Positions 17,513-28,900 of a DNA stretch of 64,000 bases are shown in pieces. The DNA lies in IMG/VR virus record IMGVR_UViG_3300010885_058768, positions 1 to 64,000 of that record. The stretch is one strand, 5' to 3'. Source of the DNA: an uncultured virus (IMG/VR IMGVR_UViG_3300010885_058768) (Duplodnaviria > Heunggongvirae > Uroviricota > Caudoviricetes). The translations under genes were made by a program, and so were the position numbers. The notes beneath the pieces are model-generated. The model was not told where the DNA came from. It searched no databases and worked only from the letters and a program-made list of their open reading frames with translations. Positions within the stretch are counted from its first letter, which is position 1, and each line of letters begins with the position of its first letter.

Positions 17513-19924
17513 ATGCTTGACATTCTCCCGGACGACCCGCTGGGTAGGGAAGAGCTTGCCGACGCGCTAGCCGAGACCTTATCTAACGTAGTTGTCTTTC
17601 AATACATGGCTCACGGTTTCCACTGGAACGTAAAGGGTCCGCACTTTGCTCAGTTCCACGAGTTCTTTGGAGAAATCTACGAGGACGCTCAAGGTTCAGA
17701 GGACGACCTAGCCGAAAACATTAGAAGAATCGGATACGACGCTCCGTCTGCGTTGCCACAGTTCATGGCACTATCAAACGTTCAATACGTTGAGTGTTCA
17801 AGTGACCCGCTAGAGATGAGCCAGGTTCTACTGGAGGCCAACTCAGTTGTAATCGACTCGCTAAATGGTACGTTCACAATCGCCAACGCGATAAATGAAC
17901 AAGGAGTTGCAAACCTAATCGCCGAGCGCATCGACATGCACAAGAAATGGCAGTGGCAGCTAATCTCTACGCTAGGTCTTGACGAAAAGTCAATGGGAAA
18001 ATCTAAGGCTGAATCTCCTTTAGAAGTATCGGACCACGATTACTCGTTGTTCGAAACGGACGTTCAGCCAGAAGAAGTTTTTGTTCCAACAACGGCTGCG
18101 GTTGGAAAAATAGTCTCAGAGGAGCAGGACCTAGCACAGGCTCTTCTTGACATCGCAAATAAGTATGGAAAGTTTAACGAAGACGATACCGGTATCTGGG
18201 CTGGGTACACTCCAGCGGCAGAAAACGAAGTTGCAGCCATTGGCGTCAAGTGCAGCAACTGCGTTCTTTATCGTGGCGGCTCAGAATGTGCAATCATCTC
18301 TGCTGAAGTAGAGCCTGAAGGCAAGTGCCGCTTTGCGGTAATTCCAGATGGCGTAGTTAGTTTAGACGAAAATCCTATAGAGAAGATGTTTTCTAAGCCA
18401 CCTTACCTAGCTCAGGACGAGCTAAAGCAAAAGGTAGAAGACCTAGACGACTACGAGGAAGAATACCTAAACATCTCTGATTTGATTCCAACTCAGACTC
18501 ATCTAGACCCAAGTAAGTTTAAGGACGCTCGCTCAATCACGAAGCCGGTAATCGTTTACGAAGACGCCGACGGATATAAGTTAGTTGACGGACATCATAG
18601 ATGCGCTTCTAAGGCCATCGCAGGTGAAACTAAGATTATGGCAAGGGTCTACAGAGGTTTAGTAGCGGCAGCTTCATTGTTTACCGCGATACCAATAAGT
18701 CCTGACGACATAGAGCTTTCAGCCGATGGCCCTTGCTGGGACGGCTATGAGCAAATCGGCATGAAGATGAAGAACGGCAAGAAGGTTCCTAACTGCGTTC
18801 CGATAAACGCCGCCGCGACTGAGTTCGCTGCAACTGAAGATTCCTGTCCACCTGCCACTAGAGACATCGTTCTAAACGTCACCAACAGACAGAACGCCAT
18901 CGACAACGTTGGCTACGGACCACTAAACCCACTCGAGCCAAACGACGAGTTCTGGCAGGAGAAGGCAGACCGCTGGAAGACAACCCCAGAAGAGTCAAAG
19001 AAAAGCATTTGCGGAAACTGTGTATTCTTCGTGAGAACACCGAGCATGCTTAATTGCATTGAAGGCGGACTTGCCGAGGGTGGCTCAGGAGAACAAAACG
19101 CCTGGGACGCAATCGACAAAGCAGAGCTAGGCTACTGCGAAGCGCTTGACTTCAAGTGCGCTGCGTCTAGAACATGCAACGCGTGGGCAGCTGGTGGACC
19201 AATCACCGAGGAAAAGAGCTCTACTGAGACGTCAGACGACACCGTCAGCTACTCACCTGCCGACGCTCGCAACGCAGTCTACGCGTCTGGTTCTAAGCCT
19301 GCGCCAAAGAAGGACCGCATAAAAGGTTCTAAGAAAAACGCCCCAGGCTCTGCTAAGAACAAGAAAAAGGTAATAACCTTTTCAAAGGAAGTAGAGGCCT
19401 CTCTTCGCAAGAAGGTCACAGACCACAACGCTAAAGCGAAGACCGAGGGTCGTCAGGCAACATTGCCAATGCTAAAGGCCGTTTACCGCCGAGGAGCCGG
19501 AGCGTACTCAAGTTCTCATAGACCAAACATCTCTCGCGCAGCCTGGGCAATGGCAAGAGTAAACGCTTTCCTACACCTGCTCAAGACAGGTAAGCCTGCT
19601 AGCGTGAAGTACACCCAAGACAACGATCTACTTCCAGCTAAGCATCCAAAAGCTCCAGGCGCGATTACCGCAAGTATTTTTAGCGAGCTTGCCGTTGAGC
19701 TTAAGGAAGAAAATGAATACGCGTCTCCAGAACATGCTATATTTGCACTAGCAGAGTTCTCGGGAATGGGTTACGAGATTATTCCTGCACTTCGCGCAAG
19801 CTGGGCAAGAGCTGTTAAAAACGACGAAACACCTTACAAACGAGCAATGAACCTTGCCACAAAGTTGTACAATAGTAATGACGCTGACCTGCTACCAGCA
19901 GATAAGAAAGGCACCTTAGAGTGA
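17513..19924 (+). CDS. Multidomain head-region protein: Dps/ferritin + Cys-rich modules + ParB/Srx-like domain
   Basis: AHGFHWNVKGPHFAQFHEFFGEIY (Dps); CSNC..C..C; LIPTQ...LVDGHHR; CGNC; VYRRGAGAY...WAMARVNAF. Confidence 0.8.
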   Translation: MLDILPDDPLGREELADALAETLSNVVVFQYMAHGFHWNVKGPHFAQFHEFFGEIYEDAQGSEDDLAENIRRIGYDAPSALPQFMALSNVQYVECSSDPLEMSQVLLEANSVVIDSLNGTFTIANAINEQGVANLIAERIDMHKKWQWQLISTLGLDEKSMGKSKAESPLEVSDHDYSLFETDVQPEEVFVPTTAAVGKIVSEEQDLAQALLDIANKYGKFNEDDTGIWAGYTPAAENEVAAIGVKCSNCVLYRGGSECAIISAEVEPEGKCRFAVIPDGVVSLDENPIEKMFSKPPYLAQDELKQKVEDLDDYEEEYLNISDLIPTQTHLDPSKFKDARSITKPVIVYEDADGYKLVDGHHRCASKAIAGETKIMARVYRGLVAAASLFTAIPISPDDIELSADGPCWDGYEQIGMKMKNGKKVPNCVPINAAATEFAATEDSCPPATRDIVLNVTNRQNAIDNVGYGPLNPLEPNDEFWQEKADRWKTTPEESKKSICGNCVFFVRTPSMLNCIEGGLAEGGSGEQNAWDAIDKAELGYCEALDFKCAASRTCNAWAAGGPITEEKSSTETSDDTVSYSPADARNAVYASGSKPAPKKDRIKGSKKNAPGSAKNKKKVITFSKEVEASLRKKVTDHNAKAKTEGRQATLPMLKAVYRRGAGAYSSSHRPNISRAAWAMARVNAFLHLLKTGKPASVKYTQDNDLLPAKHPKAPGAITASIFSELAVELKEENEYASPEHAIFALAEFSGMGYEIIPALRASWARAVKNDETPYKRAMNLATKLYNSNDADLLPADKKGTLE

Positions 19925-22900
19925 GCATCCAAAACATAGTCCTACCTCTGTCTCTTCGACTTCGCATTGCCGAAATCGTATCCGAAAAGAACAACTCGGT
20001 ACTTGCGGCTCGTCAGGTTCCGTTGACCGCTGCCTACGTGGTTGCCAGACGTGCAATCGCCCTGACGGCAAGCCTCGACCCTTCAGTTGAAGGCTACGTG
20101 GCAATCAAGGCAGTCACCGCCTTTACCACGCTTGCGATCGACGGTAGGACGTCCCTTACCGCAAGCAGCGGGTTAGACATCTACCGCGACGTGCTTCCAA
20201 TTGGTCACCCTGAGTTTTCAAACGCGGCCGTCTTGCCAATTAAGACGCTTAGAGCTGCCCGCGCAGAATGGCTAGCCGCAGACCCACGAATCGCCGACGA
20301 GTACCGTCCGCTAGTTGCCTCTGCGTTTGGAGCGACTCCTGGCTCGCTTGAACAGCGCCACGCCCGTGCGCGTTTAGACCGCGTCGACTCTCACAGCGTG
20401 CCGCTCGACATCGTACTTGCTCCACTAATTGCCGCTGCTAGAAAAATTGACATCGCAGCTCTAAAGGCTCGTGTTGCTGACCAGCTCCGCGACCCACACA
20501 CTGGACAGTGGATTGAGGAAGGCCACTTTGCGATGTTTGACCTAAAGGGTCCTAGCGGAAAGATTCGCAAGGTGTTCGGTCAACTTGTTGGTGGTAACGA
20601 CATGCTCGGCTACGGTGAGATTCACGTGACCGATGACCCAGACCTCGGCACCGGTGTAGTCAAGGTAAACAAGGCTAACATTACAGCTGTAGGCGGTATG
20701 CTTACAGACGAAAACCTAGAAAAAGCAGGCGTTGACCCACAGGGCAAGCAGAGAGTTTACCTAAACACTGATGCACAGAGTCTAAACGACCTAGCTAAGA
20801 CCATGGACGTCGCGCCTAGTGACTGGACCTGGGATGCAAACGAAGACAACTCAAACGGCAGCAAGGGAGCGTTTATCTCTGCCGACGGTTTCAAGGCCGT
20901 TCCTGTTGGCGAAGGCGGACAGAACGCCAAGACCTTCGACATCTTTGACGCAGATGACAAGCCGATTGAAACTCTGCAGGGTGAAGGTTGGGGAAACATC
21001 CAGGGCGGTCTACAAAAGATTCGCCAGGACATGGCAAAGAAGGTGGACGCAGGTAAGCCTGCAACCGAGAGCACCGGTACCGCGCAGATGATTCCTGCTG
21101 GAAAGCTCCAGGCTGGAGACAAGGTTGACGTGGCAGGCAAAGAGAACACCGTTGTCTCAGTTAGCAAGCCGTATAAATACAAGGTAAAGCCTACTGACCT
21201 AAAGCAGACCAAGTCTGGCTATAGAAACGTGGTAGACGTCACCCTTGAAGACGAGAACGGCGAGCGCGTCACTAAGCGCTGGAACCCTGCGACTGAAATC
21301 CAGGCTATTCGTCCAGAAGGCAAGGAAGAAGCTCCAGCAGTCGAAGGAGAAGTAGAACACGGTCTATCCGATACTTGGACCAGCGTAATGAACGGCGCGT
21401 TAGGCAAGCGCGAGCAGCAGCTGCGCGACCTTGAAAAGTCATTCCCGCCAGACGCCGCGGCAACCGCTGAAATGAACGAGTTAGCAGCGGCTAGAGCAAG
21501 AATCAAATCAGGAGTGGTCACCGAGGCAGACCTTGAAAAGGTCAAAGAACTTCTCAGTCAGGAGGACGGCGCCGATAGCCTGTTTACAAAGCCAGGTTCA
21601 ACGATATCCCAAATCGACAAGCTTCTAAAATACAAGTTTGGTAAAGACGGTGCTCCTAGGAGCATGAGCCAAGAGTCCGATGACGCCGGTAAAACTCCTA
21701 TCGAACCTGGCCAGAAGGTTAAGGGAGGCGTTTCTGACCTTCTCGACGACTACGATAAAGAATTACAGAAGAGCGGCTTCGACGTAGGAATGCGCGACGG
21801 CACCTGGACATCAGCAGATGGCCGTTTGGAACTCTCTTACGAGGATGACGCATGGAACGTCAAGTTCGATGGAGAACTAGCGGCTAAGGTCACCATATGG
21901 GAAGAAGACGAGAACGGTAAGTATTACGAACCCGACGACGACAGCATCTATGAGTCAATTTTCGACAGTCTTTATGGCGAACTAACAAAGGACTTTACCA
22001 AGGAAGACTACGTCGACGACATGGTCAGCAGCGGCCAAAGATCGATCCAAGAAATAAAGGACCTTGGAAAACTTCCTGACGAATCTGATGAAGACTTTGG
22101 TGCAAGAATCAAGAAACTAGAAGACGGCCTATCATCTTTAGAAAGCTACATACGCTCAGATGACTTTAAGTACCTTCCAGATTCAATGAGAACAGAAGCC
22201 TATGGCACCTACACTCCGGGTACCAAAGCCTCTCCTATGGAACAAAAGCTAAACTCGCTATTAGAGTCTGCAAGACACGCTGGTTATAAGTCTCGTGAAC
22301 TGTATTTGAAAGATCTCTTCGCTAAGAAGAAGGCCGAAATAGACGAAGCTAGTAAAGCTACAGGACCTTCACCTGATGCTGCCGCTGAAGGCAAGGTGAA
22401 GGCCAAGAACAAGGCCGAGGCAAAAGGCAAGATGGCCGAGCCTGCCACGGACGCGCAAAAAAACTACGTAAAGGCAATGCTGAAGAACCCAGCAGTTCCA
22501 GACGATGTTCGCTCTAGAATTCAGGCTGACCTCGATGAGCAAGGCGACGCGATAAACAAGAACGACATCGGTCTTCACATCGCTGAGCTAAAGAACTACC
22601 CGAGCAAGAGTCTGCCGACAGACAAGATGTATAACTCGATACAGCGTGAGCTCTACGCCCGCGGAGCCTCTCCTGAAGAAGTCGATAAGATTCTTGCTGA
22701 CCTGCCTAACATGGACAAGAAGCAGGCCTCAGACCTAATCGGTTCGCTGAAGGAGAAACCAGACCTTGCCGGCGAAGAGGCAACTAAAAACGGATTTGAA
22801 GAAACCACCAATGAGTCTGATAAGTACGATGGTCAGCGCCGCTGGACGAAGGTTGAAGCAGGTAAGCGAACTACAGTTCTGCTAAACGGTGATGGCTGGA

Positions 22901-25900
22901 GAGTTAATCACCAAAGCAACGTAGACCCAGCAACTGGAACCTGGAACGACTCGCAAATGCAGTCGATAGACCACGACTCAGAAAAGAGTTCCAGCGCCGA
23001 CGACGTGTTTAAGAACGCGGCTGACACCCACGAAACTCTCGGAGCCAAGGAAGAGCTTCCAATCGACGAGAGTGCTGTTGCCGCTGACGTAGCCGCAGAA
23101 GTTAAGGAGCTTAGCGACAAGCAAAAAGAGCCTGCCACCGATAAGCAGCGCGCGTTTGTTGATAGTCTTCTTGCCAACCCAAAGGTTCCAGCCGACGTAA
23201 AGAGTGACATCGAGTCTAAACTTGCCGCAAAGCCAGACATGAACAAGGCAGAGATTGGCGAGATTATTGGTGCCCTAAAGAAGCTCCCTGGCTCAGACGC
23301 ACCTACCAGTAAGATGCTCAACTCAGTAAAGCGCGAGCTCATCGCACGTGGCGTTCCAGTCAACGAGGCGAATGAGACTAGAGCTAACCTAGACGGCATG
23401 AGCAAGAGCGAGGTCTCAGACCTAATCAGCAAGCTAAAGAGTAAGGACGATGCCGCAGGAGCTCAAGCAGCGGCTAACGGCTTTGTTGAGGCCACCACTC
23501 CAGAGGACCAGGCAGGCGGAGTTCGCAGGTTCAACCTACTTGGAAGTGACGATGAGCTTCTAGCTGCACTTACGCTAGACGGCGAAGGCTTCACCGTGAA
23601 CCGCAAGGATGAGAACGGCGAGGACGACGAGTTGTTCCTTGGTCGCAACCTAGGTAGCTTTGAGAGAATCGCAAACGCGGCTAAGGCTGCGCAGGACCTA
23701 AAGAACACAGACGTCACTAAGACTCCTGGATTCGACAGTGAGTCAGACAGAGAAAAGAAGATTGCTACGGCTACGTACAACAGACCTGGAGACAGTGGCA
23801 CCTGGATGGAGGGCAAGACTCCAGATGGACAGCGCGGTTGGTCGTACTACGATGCCGATGGAAATGTTACTGAGGTAACTGAAAATCCCGATGGCTCATT
23901 TACTAGACGCAGCAGCGACGCCCCTGAGCCTGTCACCTTTGATAGCGTAGACGAGGCGTTCTCGCTTGACAGTAAGCCAAGCGACACTGGCAGTAAGATG
24001 TCAGACTTCCAGGACGACTTTGACGACATAATCGAGGCGGTTCAAGGACTAGACTTGTCAGGAGACGATGAGTCAAGCGACGACACTCCTGCGTCAGACC
24101 TAAAGAACTACGTGTCTAATCAAGTTACGCAAGCGGAAGAGCTCATCAAGAAAGGTGACCTTCTCTCCGCGCAGGCCTCGCTGGCCCTTGCCGCGGCTGA
24201 CGCAAACGATTCAGACGTCCCTGGAGCAGATGAGCTAGGAGACGCGCTGAACAACGCAGCTAAGTCGATAGCTGACATTAGAGAAGCGCAAAAGGCACTT
24301 GGCCAAGGTAGTGGCGGCGGAGATGAGCCTCCAAGCACTAACGCTCCTTCGTCTGCAGGCGACGACGACTTTGAAAACAACGTACGTGACGTCTCTGGCG
24401 ACATCATGAGCATAGGCGAGGAACTAGACAAGAACCTCAAGAGCTCTGCGATAAACGCCATAGAAGAGCGCGAGGTTGCAGACGGTAGAACTATTCTAAA
24501 GAACGCAGAAGACTCAATGGGTCAGGCGCAGGAGGCACTTGCCGCTGGAGACACTGAGACTGCAAGAAAGCTTATCGACCAGGCAGCTAGTCAACTAGCC
24601 GACGCGTCAGACGTCTTCGAAAACATCTTGGACCAGTCCGATGAAGGCAAGGCGGTAAGAAAGCTTGGAAAGAGTGCCGGTGACCTCGCTCTTAAGATAA
24701 GAGAAACTCTTCTTGATGGACAACCGCGAGGCGGAGGATCTGCCGGTGACAGAATCTTTGGCAAGGCTGGAATCTCCGATGACAGAATCATGCAGGCCAT
24801 GGAGGACGTTGACGACTGGGTGGCATCCGAGAAAGGCAACGAGGTTTCTGGATGGGATAACAAGGTAGGCAACCTAGACCAGATGATTTCTAGTTTCAAC
24901 GACGAGCCAGAGGCGCGCATGCAGAAGACCGCAGAGGCTCTGTACGAGCTAGGTCGTGAACTTGAAGACAATGGCTACAAGGATTCTGCGAACACCTTGT
25001 TCGACATGTCCAAGGCACTTTCAGACGAGTTCTACGGTGACTCTGACGAAGACGAAGACGAGACCTCCACTTCAGGCACTGCAGAGTACGCGCCGGCGAC
25101 AGACTGGACTCCTGCTGAGAACGGGTTTAACTTTACTGGCGGAGATGAGCCGGGAGAGGTCTCAGCAGCCTTAGCTAAAAAGAAGAAAAAGGTAGAAGAC
25201 CTTATCGCAGATGGCGACTACGGAGGCGCGCTAGACGAGCTCTTCGACGGAGCGGCGAGCATTCCAATGAGCCGCGCCATGGAAGACGACCTCTCTGGAT
25301 CGTACGACGGCATTCAAGATGGAGACGTCTTCTACCAAAACGCCGATACCATAGTCTATAAAACCAAGGATGGTCGCTGGAGAGTCTACTCTAAAGACGA
25401 GACGGACGGGTTTATCGACACCGGAGAGCCTGCCACTGACCAACTAGCCGACGAGCTTCTTAAGGAGATGATGGCGCCAAAGAGTGATTGGACACAGGCA
25501 AGATTCTATGACCCTCGCCTAAATGACTTGTTCCACGCCAACAACGCGCCTGGCCCGAGCGGAAACCCAGCTAACCACACGAGTACTCCTAACTACAAGA
25601 TTAGCTTCGACGGTCTTCGCATGCCAGACGACTGGGCAGGTGACCTTGGTCTTCCTGAAAAGGGCGAGGAAGAAGAACCTTACTCTGACGGTGAACTAAT
25701 CGACACCTGGCTAAAAAATAACGGTCTAGATGAGCTTGGCGTAAAGTGGGACCCAAGCTCAACAGAGACTACGTTTGGCGGAGCAAACGTCAACTTTGAG
25801 ATTCCTGAAGGTGCCAAGGACAAGTTTGGCGAGGCCTACTATGGAGAAGGTGCCACCTGGAAGGACCTCGAAGACGACGAGATTCCAGAGGCCATCGAAG

Positions 25901-28900
25901 GCGGAGAACCCTCTTCATCAATCTATTCAGACACCGAGAAAGCTGCGATGAATCGCAATATCGGCGACAGCGTAGTAGTAGTTGGTAAGAAGGGCAAGGA
26001 GAAGCCTGGAAAGATTATCGGCGTCGTACCTAGTTCTATCGGACAGTACATAGTAGAGCACGATGATGGAAGCACCTCTCTTCCTTGGTACTTTGACCTC
26101 AAGCCAGAAGGCGCAGAAACTCCTTCCGCTGACAAAAAGCCTACAGAGGCCAGATTCAACGGCAAGATTGGCGACAGCGTAGTAGTAGTTGGTAAGAAGG
26201 GCAAGGAGAAGCCTGGAAAGATTATCGGCTACGTACCTGGCTCAATCGGGCAGTACATCGTAGAACACGATGACGGAAGCTCCTCTCTTCCTTGGTACTT
26301 CGACATGAAGGCAGACGGCTTAGAAACTCCTTCCGCAGATGGAGAAGGTACTACAACCTCTCCAGCAGAAACTGAGAAACCTAAAAAGGGTAACCAGATT
26401 GGCGAACGTATCGTCGTGATTGGTAAGAAGGGCAAGGAGAAGCCTGGAAAGATTATCGGCTACGTACCTGGCTCAATCGGGCAGTACATCGTAGAACACG
26501 ACGATGGAACAACATCTCTTCCTTGGTCCTACGAAACTAAACCTGAAGGTGGAGAAACTAACCTAGGCTCAAGCGGCAGAAGCTCCGAGCAAGTGGCTAG
26601 AGACGCAGAAAACGCTAAGAAGACTGCGAACGAGCTTGCCGCGGAGTGGAACAGCAAACCTTTCCCTATCGCAGACCCAGACAGTCTTGCCAGTGAAGAG
26701 TCTCTCACTAAGATGAGAAACATACTGCTAGACGGCGCAACCAACTCTGATTACTTTGGTCCAGCGTTGAAGGCAATAGACGACCCAAATCTGTCAGGCA
26801 CCGAGAAACTACAAAGAATCGCTGACGCGCTAACTGAACGTGGAGTTGGCTCTGATGGAAAAGGCGTCGACCTCCCTAATGCAAACCCTGGACTTCCTCT
26901 AAACGGAGACTACTCTGGAAGAGAAAAGGCCTTGTGGGCTAAGTCAAACATAACAAGGGCGCTAAATCTAAATGGAATTTTCTCTACCAAGGAAAAAGAA
27001 GCAGGAAAAGATAAGCTAAGTCCTAGGCTACAAAAAATCGTTGACGCAGAGCTAAAGAAGCGCAGTGAAGGTGACGAGGGCAACGAAGGTACAGGTGGTG
27101 TCGACCCAAAAGTACCAAGCCCTAGTAAGCCAGGGGGAGGTGGCGCAGAGGCTAGTACCAGCGAAAACTCCTCGCCGGAGCTCACGTCAAAGGTAGAAGG
27201 AACAAACGCGCAGCTCACAAAGCGCTTTGCCTCTCGCGACGAACGAGACGCCTGGCTAAAAAGCATTCCTAAAGGAGCAGAGGCCGGAATTGCAATATCT
27301 ATATCCAGCCCGACTGACTTTGATTTTTACAACAAAAAGCGTGAACACTACGAAGTAAAAATCGACTTCGACACGCGCACCGAGGGGCTAGGCGTGCCTA
27401 AGGGGTTAGGCGCAGGTAGAAAGAAGGCTATCGAGTGGGCCGAAAAGGAAGGATTCGATCTCTCTGAGGGAGAGCACAGCAGCGAATCCCTGGTTCCAAA
27501 GGTTAACGTTGACGACAAGATTACAATGTCCAACATTAGATTTGATGACAAGATCGACCAAGCCGAAAAGATTGAGGCTAAACTAAAGCCTGGAGAAGAA
27601 AAGGACTCAGCGAGACTTAGAATTAAGTTGGCTAGAGACAAGATTTCTAAGGCAAGAAAGGCTCGCCTAGACGGAGACCTCGAGGAAAGCGAAAAGCTAA
27701 CTGAGGAGGCCTCGGCCGAGCTAACCGCGATGGCTGAGGACATAGAAAAATACATGGTTAGCCCAAAAAGCCAAGACGCTAAGTATGGATTAAAGAACAA
27801 AGAGATACGAGAAGACGCAGCAAAGCTAGCCAAAGCAGTCGAAGCAGTTACGGCAAAAAGTAGAATAGCCTTTGCTGAAGAAAAAGAGGCTAAGTCGACT
27901 GAGTCTTCTGCATCTAGCTCAAGTACCATAACAGGCGACAAGTACAAGAAACTTATCGACAACGCGTACGAAAAGTACGACCCGGGAGTAGCTCAGCACA
28001 GCTGGGACACAAAGGGAATTGGCGAGTCAATCATGTCTCACCTTACCGGGATAGCTGACGACATCAAGTCAGGCAAGGAACTAGACGCCAAGGACGCCGC
28101 AAAGAAGATGCGTCAGCTTGCCTCGATGTACAACGAACTTGCTGACGCAGCAACTGGCAGTGAGGGAGAAGATGGAGCTGAGTGGAGCACAGACGACTCC
28201 TCGATACAGGACCTTATCCAAGGTGCCCAAGAACTTGAGAAGCAGGCTGACCTGCTTGACCCTAAGGCGGTCGATAGCCCAAAAGCTGAAGCGCCTAGCG
28301 AACCTGACAGCGGTGAAACACAGGAGCCTATTTCAGTAGACAGTGTACTTACAGATGGAAGTTTAGCCAGCAAAATTACAAAGAACGCAGACATGGACGC
28401 AGCTGAGCTCGAGCAGCTGAGCACCAGAATAGCTAAAGAGTTAGAGAACAATCCTCAACTAGCCGCGGTGCTAAAGCTTAGTGGAGATAGTCCTATTCTT
28501 AGCGCCCTTGAAGAACTAAACTCCTCTAATGGAGAGTCTTCACAAGGTTTAGAAGGCGACCTCAACGTTCTAAGAGACACCCTAGACTCTACAATAGAAG
28601 ACAGCGAACTAATAGACTCGCTAACTAGGCTGCTAAAGAGCGTAGAAAAGAAAAACAACACCAAGAACCTAACTGGTTTTAAAAAGATTAGCGAGGCCAA
28701 GGGCTCTAACCCAGGTGGAATCTACGAGGACCCTAAGACAGGCGAGCGCTTCTACGTAAAGTTCCCTAAGTCAACACTTCATGGCGAAAACGAGGCACTT
28801 GCCTCAGCCATCTACGAAGAGCTAGGTGTACGCTCAGTCAAGGTCGAGCAGGGAGAACTTGATGGCAAGCCTGTCACCTACACCAGGATGATAGACGGCG

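Noticed and set aside
21085..21315. Hint/intein domain in the giant protein (AGKLQAGDKV)
   Set aside because: No N-terminal Cys block, TxxH or terminal HN; more like an SH3-type barrel.
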